Positions 1 to 9,707 of a stretch of 64,000 nucleotides of DNA are shown in pieces; position 1 is the stretch's first letter, and the number at the start of each line of letters is the position of its first letter. This DNA comes from Deltaproteobacteria bacterium (GTDB lineage Bacteria; Bdellovibrionota_C; UBA2361; SZUA-149; JAITKM01), in assembly GCA_031278395.1 (NCBI GenBank), contig JAITKM010000039.1:3372-67371 (forward strand), given 5' to 3'. The notes under the pieces are model-generated. The model worked only from the letters and a program-made list of their open reading frames with translations, made no database searches and was not told the DNA's origin. The translations under genes were made by a program, and so were the position numbers.

Positions 1-38
1 AAAATTCTACTGTCCAGAACCAAGCTTTTTTAGCTTTA

Positions 39-1247
39 ATGTCTAATAAAAATCAACTTAATACTGAAAACTTACCACCTCTTACAACTAATTTGGCAGA
101 ACAACTTAAAACTCAGACAAACTCACAAAGCTTAAGCCAGGCAGCTCAAGCTCAAATTGAACAGCCAATAGATGGCAATGTTATTTTGAATCAACAGGTT
201 AGGGAAGATTTTGTCGTTACTAACGAAAATGCTCAAGCTAATGAAGCTAATCCAGAGGAAAAAGTTATAAATCTTAATACCTTTCAAAATCCTGTTGCAG
301 CACAAGAAGATTACCCACAAGTGGCGGACTTACAAAGAGAACAACCACAAGAGTTGCCCTTACCTACTCAAGACGATGAGGAGTTAGATCATGAACTTGA
401 TGCCTTAGAGAATCCAGCCATTTTAGATGGAACTTTACAATATTTGGAGCTTAGTTCAATTGAACCTAATCCGAAACAACCACGTCAGTATTTTGCTCAA
501 GACGAGCTGCATAGTTTAGCTGAGTCAATCAAAGAAAGCGGATTATTACAGCCGATTTTAGTGCGTATTGTGGGACGTGGCGAGGTGGAGTTTGATCATT
601 TTGAAATAATTGCTGGTGAGAGGCGTTTTCGCGCTGCAAAATTAGCTGGTTTAGAAACTGTGCCGGCAATTGTGCGTAATTTGGATGACCGTGAAACTTT
701 AGAGCTTTCAATTATAGAAAATGTGCAGCGTTCGGATTTAAATCCAATTGAGGAAGCCAACGCTTACCAACGCTTAATTTCTGAGTTTGGGCAGACCCAA
801 AACGAAATTGCGTCTGCACTAGGTAAAGATCGGGCAGTAATTTCAAATAGCTTAAGACTTTTAAAATTGTGTGAAGTAGCCCAAGATTTGCTAATCCAGA
901 AAAAAATTAGCGCGGGACATGGTAAGGCTTTGTTAATGATTGAAGACTTAGCTTTGCAAAAAAGTATTGCGGAAAGAATTATTACAGACGAATTATCTGT
1001 GCGCCAAGTCGAACAACTAGCTAGTGGTAAAGAGGTAGAACCAAAGAAAGTTCGCGGGAAAAAGGCTAATTCCGTCAGCCTTAGCGCACCGTCTTTTGCT
1101 GTGATGGAACTTGAAGACAGACTGCGTCGGGCTTTAGGCACCAAGGTTAATTTACAACTTCAGGCCAGTGGTGAAGGTGAAATTCGCATTAGTTTCTTTT
1201 CCAAAGACGAACTACAGAGAATCTTAGAAATTATTGAAAAATACTAA
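39..1247 (+). CDS. parB: Chromosome partitioning protein ParB/Spo0J with a ~140-aa Q/E/N-rich N-terminal extension
   Basis: 402-aa ORF; ParB-box motifs GLLQPILVR and IIAGERRFRAAKLAG; HTH-like QNEIASALGKDRAVISNSLRLLKL. Confidence 0.9.
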   Translation: MSNKNQLNTENLPPLTTNLAEQLKTQTNSQSLSQAAQAQIEQPIDGNVILNQQVREDFVVTNENAQANEANPEEKVINLNTFQNPVAAQEDYPQVADLQREQPQELPLPTQDDEELDHELDALENPAILDGTLQYLELSSIEPNPKQPRQYFAQDELHSLAESIKESGLLQPILVRIVGRGEVEFDHFEIIAGERRFRAAKLAGLETVPAIVRNLDDRETLELSIIENVQRSDLNPIEEANAYQRLISEFGQTQNEIASALGKDRAVISNSLRLLKLCEVAQDLLIQKKISAGHGKALLMIEDLALQKSIAERIITDELSVRQVEQLASGKEVEPKKVRGKKANSVSLSAPSFAVMELEDRLRRALGTKVNLQLQASGEGEIRISFFSKDELQRILEIIEKY

Positions 1248-1369
1248 TAACTCCTTCCTATCGTCAGAATTGCCACCTTTCTAGTAGGGGGGGCGAGGAG
1301 TATTTTTCATGCCAGCAAAAAGTTACAATTAGATATTTTTCAATATAATCACTTAAATAGTAATAATAG

Positions 1370-1386
1370 TTGTCAAGTCTTGACAA
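1370..1386. promoter_or_regulatory. Perfect 17-bp palindrome TTGTCAAG-T-CTTGACAA, operator-like, containing a TTGACA hexamer, ~60 nt upstream of the rpoD start
   Basis: Read directly: 8-bp arms are exact reverse complements around one central base. Confidence 0.4.
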
Positions 1387-1445
1387 ATTTGATAAAAGCC
1401 CGCGCACTTTTTCAGTTCACAATTCTAAATATTAAGGATTTTAAA

Positions 1446-3752
1446 ATGCCGATTATAAAAAAATCTAAAAATAAAACAGTGGTTAAGAAAACTAAAGTAG
1501 TTAGCAAAATAAAAACAAACAAATCTAAAAAGAGTTTGCCAACCAAAAAAATAACTAAGGCTACCAAAAAAATAGCTAAGGCTAAACTCAATATTAAAAA
1601 ATCCGCTAAGTCCACTACGCTTAGCGCTAAAAAAAAGGTTGTTACTAAAATAAAAACTAAAGCGACCAAAAAAGCACTGACTTCAAAAAATAAAAATCTG
1701 ACTCCAAAAAATAAAAATGTCGTTCCTAAAAAAATAAAAACTAAAGCTGTTCTTAAAACAAAAGTTAACCACCCAGCAAGAAAAGCCAAAGTTGTACCAA
1801 CTAAAGCGCCAGCAAAAACTAAACTTCAAATTGCAGCTAAGTTAAAAACTACAGCTAAAACTACCAAAACTACTAAAACTACTAAAACTACTAAAACTAA
1901 AGCCTTAGAAAATCAGGCTAAAGATAAAGCTAAATCACAACACGCTACAGAAACCAAAACGCTTGAGCCAAAAGAAACTATTGTTGAACTTCCAGATAAT
2001 TCTGATGAGGCAGTCGAGGACTTATTTTCTATTTTAGGTGATGACGATGATCGACTATTACTTGAATCTAGCGACGTAACCACGGTCGTCACAGAGGAAG
2101 AAGAGCCTAATGAAACTCAGCAAGCTTCAGAACACCTACAAGACGTTGAAAAAGAATTGGCTGGCGGAGTTGTGAAAAGCACAGACCCTGTGCGCATGTA
2201 TTTAAGAGAAATGGGTGGAGTGAGTTTGCTAACTCGTGAAGGAGAAGTTGTAATTGCTAAAAAAATCGAAGAAGGGCAGAAAATTATAAAAAAAGAAATA
2301 ACTCGCGCCCCAATTGCTTTATTTTACGTGTTGAGTTTAGCCGAGCAACTAAAAGAAGGGGTAGTGCGCACAAAAGACCTCTTTATGGAGGAAGAGCCTT
2401 TGCTCGCTAATGAAGAAGAAGAGGAGGAGCTTGAAGAAACTCCAAAAAAGCGCCGCTATAATGAAGATGGTGATTTAATCGAAGAGGAAGAAGAAAAAGT
2501 TCCAGTGATTGATACAGTTGAAGAAGAGCAAAAAAAGAAATTCTTTAAGAAACTTAGTCCCATTAAAAAAGCCATTAAAACTACGACTGAAGCTTTTTAC
2601 AATCTGAAAAAGGCGAATAAAAATAACCTAGCTGAATGTTTAAAAAAGTATGAAAAATTAAGAGATAAGAACGCAGAAAAAATAGTCGATATTGGCTTAT
2701 CGCGTAAACATAACTTAGCCATGATTGAATTGCTAAAACAAAAATTACAGCATGGCATTAATGCTGAGCTAGAATTAAAGGTTTTAGGCAAGAAAACAGG
2801 TTGCACAATTCAAGAAGTAACCGAGCTAGCTCAAGAGCTGCAGAAGGATACCAATAGTTTTAAAAGAATCAGTCGTAAGTTAAAATTTAAAGTTGCCGAA
2901 GCTAGGGAATTTGCCGAAAGAGTTGGCGCGGCAGTGAAAGACATAACTCTAACCGAAAATGAAACGCTGATGACTATTTTTGAGCTGAAGTGTTCGGTTA
3001 ATACGGTTTCTAAAGCTGAAGCTAATGTTTATAACGCTAAGCGTGATTTAGTTGAAGCTAACTTGCGTTTAGTTGTTTCTTTAGCCAAAAAATATACTAA
3101 CCGTGGTTTGCAATTCTTAGATTTAATCCAAGAAGGAAATATTGGACTAATGAAAGCGGTAGATAAGTTTGAATATCAACGCGGCTATAAGTTTTCAACA
3201 TATGCCACCTGGTGGATTAGGCAGGCAATTACTCGCGCCATTGCAGATCAAGCTCGTACAATTCGTATTCCAGTGCATATGATTGAGACTATCAATAAAT
3301 TAGTGCGAGTTAGCCGGGGTTTAGTGCAAGAGTTAGGACGTGAACCAACGCCAGAAGAAATTGCGGAACGAATTGGAGTTCCAGTAGAGAAAGTTCGCAA
3401 AGTTTTAAAAATTTCTAAAGAGCCAATTTCTCTTGAAACACCAATTGGTGAGGATGCGGATAGCCAATTAGGTGATTTTATCGAAGATAAACGAGTTATT
3501 CCGCCATCAGCGGAAATTGAAAATATAAATTTGCGCGAGCAAACCAGCACAGTTTTGTCAACTTTGACGCCACGCGAAGAAAAGGTTTTGCGTATGCGCT
3601 TTGGTATTGGCGAAAAGAGTGACCACACCTTAGAAGAAGTGGGGCAAAACTTTGACGTTACGCGTGAAAGAATTAGACAGATAGAAGCCAAAGCTTTGCG
3701 TAAGTTAAGACATCCAGGACGCTTCAAAAAAACTAGAGGTAATGCACGATAA
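1446..3752 (+). CDS. rpoD: Primary sigma factor (sigma-70, RpoD) with a lysine-rich N-terminal tail
   Basis: Regions 1.2-4.2 recognisable ([11 protein letters not shown]; [39 protein letters not shown]; [30 protein letters not shown]). Start placed at ATG 1446 behind AAGGA 1434-1438. The ORF-track start at 1380 is a TTG inside the palindrome. Confidence 0.9.
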   Translation: MPIIKKSKNKTVVKKTKVVSKIKTNKSKKSLPTKKITKATKKIAKAKLNIKKSAKSTTLSAKKKVVTKIKTKATKKALTSKNKNLTPKNKNVVPKKIKTKAVLKTKVNHPARKAKVVPTKAPAKTKLQIAAKLKTTAKTTKTTKTTKTTKTKALENQAKDKAKSQHATETKTLEPKETIVELPDNSDEAVEDLFSILGDDDDRLLLESSDVTTVVTEEEEPNETQQASEHLQDVEKELAGGVVKSTDPVRMYLREMGGVSLLTREGEVVIAKKIEEGQKIIKKEITRAPIALFYVLSLAEQLKEGVVRTKDLFMEEEPLLANEEEEEELEETPKKRRYNEDGDLIEEEEEKVPVIDTVEEEQKKKFFKKLSPIKKAIKTTTEAFYNLKKANKNNLAECLKKYEKLRDKNAEKIVDIGLSRKHNLAMIELLKQKLQHGINAELELKVLGKKTGCTIQEVTELAQELQKDTNSFKRISRKLKFKVAEAREFAERVGAAVKDITLTENETLMTIFELKCSVNTVSKAEANVYNAKRDLVEANLRLVVSLAKKYTNRGLQFLDLIQEGNIGLMKAVDKFEYQRGYKFSTYATWWIRQAITRAIADQARTIRIPVHMIETINKLVRVSRGLVQELGREPTPEEIAERIGVPVEKVRKVLKISKEPISLETPIGEDADSQLGDFIEDKRVIPPSAEIENINLREQTSTVLSTLTPREEKVLRMRFGIGEKSDHTLEEVGQNFDVTRERIRQIEAKALRKLRHPGRFKKTRGNAR
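1857..1899 (+). repeat. In-frame 9-bp tandem repeat (AAAACTAC[C/T]) x ~4.5 encoding (TKT)n inside rpoD
   Basis: aaaactaccaaaactactaaaactactaaaactactaaaactaaa read directly. Confidence 0.8.
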
Positions 3753-4408
3753 TGAAAATCTTCAAAATTCCGGTAACGACAATTCGGCAGAATTGCCGGA
3801 TTGTCGTGGATGAAAAAACTAAAGCAAGTGCGGTAGTTGATCCAGGTGGAGAGGTTGCAAAGATTTTTGATTTTATTCTGGAGCAGCAACTGCAAGTTAC
3901 TCATATTCTTTTAACCCATGCGCATTTTGATCATGCTGGCGGTGTGCAAGAGCTTTTAGACTACTTAGAAGCGCTTGAATATTACCCCTTATTTTTAGCC
4001 CATAAAAATGAAGCTCAACTGCGAGCTGGTCTAAAACAGCAATTAGAAAATTTTGGCATGGAGAGTTGGGGCTTGGAAAATTGCCCAGAGCCACAACAAT
4101 ACTTGTCAGATGGCGAAATTATAGAAATAGGCAATTTAAAAATTAAAACTCTTTTTACGCCGGGTCATTCGCCGGGTCACCTTTCTTTTTTTATTGATGA
4201 TTCAACAGCGCCCTGTGTTATTACAGGAGATGCATTATTTAAAAATAGTATCGGCAGGACTGACTTACCTGGCGCTAATCATCAAGTTTTAATCAAATCG
4301 ATTAAGGAAAAACTTCTCTCTCTACCTTTGCACACGTTGGTTTTGCCAGGTCATGGTAGCGATTCAAGTATTCAAGAAGAAATTAAAAATAATCCTTATT
4401 TGCAGTAA
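3752..4408 (+). CDS. Metallo-beta-lactamase-fold hydrolase (GloB/hydroxyacylglutathione hydrolase-like)
   Basis: THAHFDHAGG metal-binding motif; TPGHSPGH; start overlaps the rpoD stop (TAATG). Confidence 0.8.
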   Translation: MKIFKIPVTTIRQNCRIVVDEKTKASAVVDPGGEVAKIFDFILEQQLQVTHILLTHAHFDHAGGVQELLDYLEALEYYPLFLAHKNEAQLRAGLKQQLENFGMESWGLENCPEPQQYLSDGEIIEIGNLKIKTLFTPGHSPGHLSFFIDDSTAPCVITGDALFKNSIGRTDLPGANHQVLIKSIKEKLLSLPLHTLVLPGHGSDSSIQEEIKNNPYLQ

Positions 4409-4567
4409 ATTTTTAAATAACCCTAAGATAATACAGGCTTTTTTGCCAGCTGGGCTAACTTTACATAAATAATAGATTATGTTAGTTTCCCACGCCTTGG
4501 AGCTTTGAAGAAAGCAATAAGGTTTTTTAACACATCCGTAAAAAAAACAGATAAGGAGTATACTGTT

Positions 4568-4975
4568 ATGAACGAGATGAGAGTTGTTAGTCAAGGTACT
4601 TCATTATTCAATGGAGAAAATTTTAAAAAAATTTTCCTAGAGGCCAAAATTCGTAATCTCTTTCGAGAATATGAATATTTATTTGTTTGCGCCTTTAAAG
4701 AAGCGAGCAATTTCATTGGTGCTAAGGCGGCTTGGCAAAATAGAGATACTTTATCAAAGTTTGCCTATCAAGAATTAGGATTAACAGAGGATCTATATCC
4801 TCCATTAAGTCCAAATGAGGCATTCTCAATAGTTTTTGAAAAGCGCAATTCGTTGTTTGGAAGAGTTTTTCGAAGCAGCTATGAAGCGTTAAATTTTTTT
4901 TGTATGGATTCGCAAAATAAATTCATAGAAAAAATAAAGGAAATTTTGATAAAAAAAATTTTAGAGACTAACTAA
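4568..4975 (+). CDS. Hypothetical protein (135 aa)
   Basis: ATG 4568 preceded by AAGGAG 4553-4558; no recognisable motif. Confidence 0.5.
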   Translation: MNEMRVVSQGTSLFNGENFKKIFLEAKIRNLFREYEYLFVCAFKEASNFIGAKAAWQNRDTLSKFAYQELGLTEDLYPPLSPNEAFSIVFEKRNSLFGRVFRSSYEALNFFCMDSQNKFIEKIKEILIKKILETN

Positions 4976-5072
4976 ATATTTTGGATAACGGGTGAATTTG
5001 CCAAGCAGTTTTTTTCTCCTCTTGTGCTGTTTGGTAAGTCGCCCGTTATCTTTTGTTTTTTACAAGCTTTCT

Positions 5073-5648
5073 TCAAAATCCTCTTATATTTTGTTCGCAA
5101 GAGCGCATAGCTAGAATTGTTTTTTCAATCAAAAAATCTAAATCCCAACCTAACATGGCAGCGCCTTTCTCGATTATAGGGCGTGAACAACCAGCCGCAA
5201 AATTAAGAGTTTTAAATTTCTTTTTAACTGATTTTAGTTCTAAATCTTGAACGCTTTTTGAAGGACGCATAATTGCTACTGCCCAGATAAGTCCAGTCAA
5301 CTCATCTACAGCATACAAAATTTTTTCCATTGTGTGTTCTGGTTTAATATCCACAGTTAATTCAAACCCATGACTACAAACCGCATGAATTATATTCTCT
5401 CCAACCCCACCAGCTCTAAGTAATTCTGGCGCTTTTAAACAATGCTCGCTTGGAAATTGCTCAAAATCTATATCATGTAATAAGCCCACAATTGCCCAAT
5501 ATTGAGCCTCGTCTGCATAACCTAACTCAGATGCAAACCATTGCATGACGCCTTCAACAGTTAAAGCATGTTGTAAATGAAACGGATCTTGATTGTATTT
5601 TTTTAGCAATTCCCAAGCCTGTTCTCGGCTGATATTAGTTTGATTCAT
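5073..5648 (-). CDS. HD-domain metal-dependent phosphohydrolase
   Basis: 191-aa ORF with H...HD signature (LLHDIDFEQ) and downstream His residues. Confidence 0.75.
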   Translation of the reverse strand: MNQTNISREQAWELLKKYNQDPFHLQHALTVEGVMQWFASELGYADEAQYWAIVGLLHDIDFEQFPSEHCLKAPELLRAGGVGENIIHAVCSHGFELTVDIKPEHTMEKILYAVDELTGLIWAVAIMRPSKSVQDLELKSVKKKFKTLNFAAGCSRPIIEKGAAMLGWDLDFLIEKTILAMRSCEQNIRGF

Positions 5649-5777
5649 TTTTTTATTCTCCCTAAGCTTAGTCTTTTCCAGTTAAAATTAAAAAGGCAGA
5701 AATGGGCATTTATATTATTTTGTTATTTAAAACAAATAGATTAAGAACTTTATTGAGGTCGAAAGGTTATAGTTATA

Positions 5778-7094
5778 TTATACGCCGATTCGCGGTGGTT
5801 GACCGGTTATGGATAAAACATCGCCCCATAACCCTCCGCTTGGGTTTATTCTCTTTCTGTCGTTGCCGAGCAGTGACAAAGGAATATGAGTAACATTATT
5901 ATACCAAAAGCCTATCATCATATTAGTTTTCCCGCACATACCAGCATGAACGGCTGCTCTGGCAAATCTGTCGCAAAACAGTGAATCGCTTACATTTGCC
6001 GGTACTGAACGTATACTGTAAGAAGGGTCAAAATATCTAAGCGTAATGGGAAGTTTTTTTTCTTTGAAGTAGGTGCTAAGTTTAGATTTTAGAAAAGCTC
6101 CTATATCGTGCTGCTGTCTGTTGCCTGAGATGTCAAATGTAGTTTCTAAATTTTCAAAAAATTCTTGCCCGGCGCCTTCCGATACAACAATAACGGCAGA
6201 TCCTTTGTCGCGAAGTTTATTTTCAACCAGGGCATAAAATCCAGCCTCCCCTTCTAAGTTAAACGGAACTTCGGGAATTAGGCAAAAATCAACATCAATT
6301 GCTGCAATGGTTGACATAGCCGCAATAAATCCGGCGTCACGCCCCATGAGCTTTACGATAGAAATTGTATTCTGATATGAAGTAGCCTCAACCGCCGCAC
6401 AAGTGATTACATTTTTGGCTTGCTCAACAGCGGTTGCAAATCCGAAGGTTTGATAAACATATAGTATGTCATTGTCGATAGTTTTAGGAATACCTATGAT
6501 ACTGACCTTTGCATTGCGTTTTTGCGCTTCAGCAACAATTTCCTGTGCCCCGCGTTGTGTTCCGTCTCCTCCAACAGTAAAAAGAATATCGATGCCGTAA
6601 CGCACTAGAGTATCGATAATAGTTTCCGCATCAACTGGACCGCGTGAGCTTCCTATAAAACTGCCGCCGAGTTTGTTAATGTCCTTAACTATTTCCGGGG
6701 TCAGTCCGATAGGTTTGGCTGGCGCATTAGTGGTAAAACCTAGATAGCCGTATTGAAAACCGAGAATGCTTTTTACTCCGTAGTTATAATATAATTCCAA
6801 AACAATTGAACGAATTACATTATTTAAACCAGGGCTAACCCCGCCGCAGGTAACTATAGCTGCAGTAGTTTTTGCCGGATTAAAAAAAATTTTCTCCCGC
6901 GGACCGGCTTTCTCAAAGAAAATATCCTCTTGGTCCGGATTGCTTTGATTAATTTCTACCCGATAGCGAATTTTTTCGCTCTCACTGACTAAACTTCCTT
7001 CAGTTTGTCCGGCGCGCAGAGCCGCTGCAATAGGAGATTCAATTGTACACTCACCGAAATTTTGGATTTTTGTATTTTCTGAAGTAGGAAGCAT
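5778..7094 (-). CDS. 6-phosphofructokinase, long PfkA-family form (phosphoryl donor uncertain)
   Basis: TCGGVSPGLNNVIR, TVGGDGTQRGA, IGIPKTIDNDI, MGRDAGFIA motifs. Confidence 0.85.
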   Translation of the reverse strand: MLPTSENTKIQNFGECTIESPIAAALRAGQTEGSLVSESEKIRYRVEINQSNPDQEDIFFEKAGPREKIFFNPAKTTAAIVTCGGVSPGLNNVIRSIVLELYYNYGVKSILGFQYGYLGFTTNAPAKPIGLTPEIVKDINKLGGSFIGSSRGPVDAETIIDTLVRYGIDILFTVGGDGTQRGAQEIVAEAQKRNAKVSIIGIPKTIDNDILYVYQTFGFATAVEQAKNVITCAAVEATSYQNTISIVKLMGRDAGFIAAMSTIAAIDVDFCLIPEVPFNLEGEAGFYALVENKLRDKGSAVIVVSEGAGQEFFENLETTFDISGNRQQHDIGAFLKSKLSTYFKEKKLPITLRYFDPSYSIRSVPANVSDSLFCDRFARAAVHAGMCGKTNMMIGFWYNNVTHIPLSLLGNDRKRINPSGGLWGDVLSITGQPPRIGV

Positions 7095-7461
7095 ATGATT
7101 AAGTAATCGTATAAAATTAATAAAAATACTTCTCGCATTTTTAGATTATTTGTATCGGCATATCTTGTGATTTTATTTAAGATTTTTTTAACTCATTTAT
7201 TCTATTGTATTTAGGCAGATAACGGCAAGTTTAGCATCTATTTTTTTGTAGTCAGCGAGCGAGGTTGGTCGCAAAGGATAAAACCTTCCTTGTCAAATCG
7301 TATAAGAAAGGTAATAATAAAAGGTCCTGCTATTACAAGGTAGCCAACCGAATACACGGCGATTATTATCGTTTGAGTGAAACTGACGGCACAACGAATG
7401 TAGTTGTAAAATCCTGGGTGTGGAACAATGACAAGTATTTGACAAAAGGAAGGGTTAAATC

Positions 7462-8265
7462 ATGGGAAACGATAAAAAGAGCAAGGTGTTGGAAACCAAT
7501 GAAAGTGTTTATGATGGTCTTGCTGAACGGCACTCTAAGGTCGTTTGTTATCAAAGCCGTAAAGGGACGCGCGATTATTTATGGGATATAATCGAAAAAA
7601 TACATAAAAATCCAGGGGGAGGGGATTTGTTAGAGGTTGCGTGTGGCAGCGGAACATTTGTCGAGCTTGCTAAAAAATGGAAAATGGCGAGCTATGAGGG
7701 AATAGATATTAGTGGGAATATGATTAAAGTCGCAACCAAATCTCATGGAAGCGATAAGATAAAGTTTTATAAATCGTCGCTTGAGGATTGGGAGGATGGG
7801 CATAAGGGCAAATACGATATTATAATATCCTCGTCCTTTTTACATCATTTATATGATTTGGACGAAGGACTGGAGCAAATAAAAAGCATGTTGAAACCAG
7901 GCGGAATTTATATAGGAGTTCACGAAGTTGATAATACAAGAGTTACAACAAGACTTGAAAAATTCGACTTGCACTGGGCTGTCTTAATGGGTCACGGATA
8001 TACCGGATTTTGGGATAGACTTCGCGTTTTCCTTAAATTTATGTGCAGTGGAAAAATATTTTTTAAAGAGAAAAAATCTACGGCGCGGCTTCAAGAAGAT
8101 ATGGTGGATTTTCGCTTGAACGAGAAATTTTATTTGCCTGATGAGCCCGTGATAAAGCGGCTTCATGCGAAAGTTGTGCCGTATTGTTTTTATAACTACC
8201 CGATTTTCGCAAGATTAAAACCAATAAACAATTTTCAAATGGTCGTGATGAAAAATGATATTTAA
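7462..8265 (+). CDS. Class I SAM-dependent methyltransferase
   Basis: Motif I LLEVACGSGTF; LKPGGIY; AAGGAAG RBS upstream. Confidence 0.8.
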   Translation: MGNDKKSKVLETNESVYDGLAERHSKVVCYQSRKGTRDYLWDIIEKIHKNPGGGDLLEVACGSGTFVELAKKWKMASYEGIDISGNMIKVATKSHGSDKIKFYKSSLEDWEDGHKGKYDIIISSSFLHHLYDLDEGLEQIKSMLKPGGIYIGVHEVDNTRVTTRLEKFDLHWAVLMGHGYTGFWDRLRVFLKFMCSGKIFFKEKKSTARLQEDMVDFRLNEKFYLPDEPVIKRLHAKVVPYCFYNYPIFARLKPINNFQMVVMKNDI

Positions 8266-8935
8266 GAAAAAACGCATTAATAAACAAATCTCGCGAGATT
8301 ATGGCTCCGGCAATGTTTTGGTTTGGGAGCTTGACGACGGAACTAAAACATATAACCCTGAAATTCAGGGATTAGAAGTTCGTTTTTCTGGCAAAAATAA
8401 CACTTGTTATGTTTATGGAAGCAAAACTATTTTTACAAATAGCCTCATTATATTTAATGGTGATGATTCCACTTTTTCAATAGATAATCAGACGCAAAAA
8501 GTTGACCCAGGCTTTGCTATAAACAATTTGGTTGTGTTTATGAACAAAGGTGCAAATGTAAAAATTGGAAAAAATTTTACCTGTGGTGGGTGCGACATTG
8601 TAGCTGATAATCGTGGCGCGGATATTGAAATTGGCGATGATTGTATGTTTTCTAAAGAAATTGTAATTCGCAGCACAGACGGGCATACAATTACGGAAAA
8701 CAGCAAAAAAATAAATCCAGGAAAACCTGTAAGAATCGGAAACCATTGTTGGTTTGGTATGCGCTGTGCTGTATTAAAAGGTGTAACAATACCGGATAAC
8801 TGCATTGTTTCTTTTGGGGCAGTGGTTTTATCTAGCTTGTCGGCACAGGTGGGAAATATAATCGCCGGTGTTCCCGCCAAAGTTGTCAAAAGTGGGGTAA
8901 ATTGGACACGGGACAATTATGATGATTTCCAGTAA
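8255..8935 (+). CDS. Hexapeptide-repeat (left-handed beta-helix) acyl/acetyltransferase
   Basis: IGNHCWFGMRCAVLKGVTIPDNCIVSFGAVV hexapeptide repeats; overlaps the upstream gene. Confidence 0.8.
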   Translation: MIFKKKRINKQISRDYGSGNVLVWELDDGTKTYNPEIQGLEVRFSGKNNTCYVYGSKTIFTNSLIIFNGDDSTFSIDNQTQKVDPGFAINNLVVFMNKGANVKIGKNFTCGGCDIVADNRGADIEIGDDCMFSKEIVIRSTDGHTITENSKKINPGKPVRIGNHCWFGMRCAVLKGVTIPDNCIVSFGAVVLSSLSAQVGNIIAGVPAKVVKSGVNWTRDNYDDFQ

Positions 8936-9707
8936 AGATATTTCTGTGGTGGTTCAGGGGGCAAGCGATGCGGAATTAACCCCGCGCGTGATTGCATCTG
9001 TGCGTAAGTTTCTGCCAGACGCGGAAATTATTTTGTCCACTTGGACAAAAACAGATATTGATTGTGATAAACTGGTTATCTCAAGAGACCCAGGAAAGAT
9101 AGATATAAACCTGTTGGGTAATACAAATCGTCAGATTCTTGGTAGGCGCAATGGATTAAAGAGAGTTAGTAGAAAATACGCGTTGATTCTGAGGTCTGAC
9201 AACGAAATTATAAATCTAAACTTTGTGCGGGATTTTGACGGACGGATTGTCGCACACTCCGCCGGACCAATCCGTGCAAAATGGTTGTATCATTTGTGTG
9301 ATTGGAATTTTTTCGGTTTGACGGATGATTTGCGAAATCTGTATGACATTCCGTTGTTTTCTCCGCGTAAAGACCGGGACTATTCGCATATAAAATATCA
9401 AACGCCGCATAATTGGTTGGCGTGGAATTATTTTTCTAAATTTGCAAACATAGCTTATTGTAAGTTTCGTCAGGCGACGCAGGCGCAGCTACTAGAATAC
9501 AAAAAATTATTGCTGGAAAAATTCAACCTGATTGGCTTTCACGATGATTTTGGAATCATAAATCTAAAAGAGCCCTACTACTCCGAGATGTTGGAATACC
9601 GACGCAGTTTGCGTGCACGGATAAAGCAATATAAATACAATTTTATGCGCCCGAACAGATTTTCTCTGGCAAAGTTATTATCTAAATTTACTAGGAAAGC
9701 AAAATGA
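8919..9707 (+). CDS. WavE-like lipopolysaccharide/glycan synthesis protein
   Basis: N-terminal ISVVVQGA...AEIILSTWTKTD and LILRSDNEI resemble the WavE family as I recall it. Confidence 0.55.
   Translation: MMISSKDISVVVQGASDAELTPRVIASVRKFLPDAEIILSTWTKTDIDCDKLVISRDPGKIDINLLGNTNRQILGRRNGLKRVSRKYALILRSDNEIINLNFVRDFDGRIVAHSAGPIRAKWLYHLCDWNFFGLTDDLRNLYDIPLFSPRKDRDYSHIKYQTPHNWLAWNYFSKFANIAYCKFRQATQAQLLEYKKLLLEKFNLIGFHDDFGIINLKEPYYSEMLEYRRSLRARIKQYKYNFMRPNRFSLAKLLSKFTRKAK

Noticed and set aside
688-700. parS site inside parB (CCGTGAAACTT)
   Set aside because: Only a half-site of the TGTTTCAC-GTGAAACA palindrome is present.
3248-3904. 218-aa ORF antisense to the rpoD 3' end
   Set aside because: It lies entirely opposite strongly conserved sigma-70 regions 2-4, its composition mirrors the sense codons, and it has no RBS.
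4990-5056. Long-loop inverted repeat ATAACGGGTGA...TCGCCCGTTAT between convergent genes, possibly another REP-like copy
   Set aside because: The arms (11 bp, one mismatch) do not align convincingly with the REP-like family consensus apart from a GGCAAATTC-like segment. It is noted only as a possible bidirectional terminator.
7265-7591. 108-aa ORF spanning the pfk-methyltransferase gap
   Set aside because: It overlaps the well-supported methyltransferase start (RBS plus ATG 7462) out of frame and has no motif. The region 7230-7440 has several possible stems, but I could not match it to a riboswitch class.
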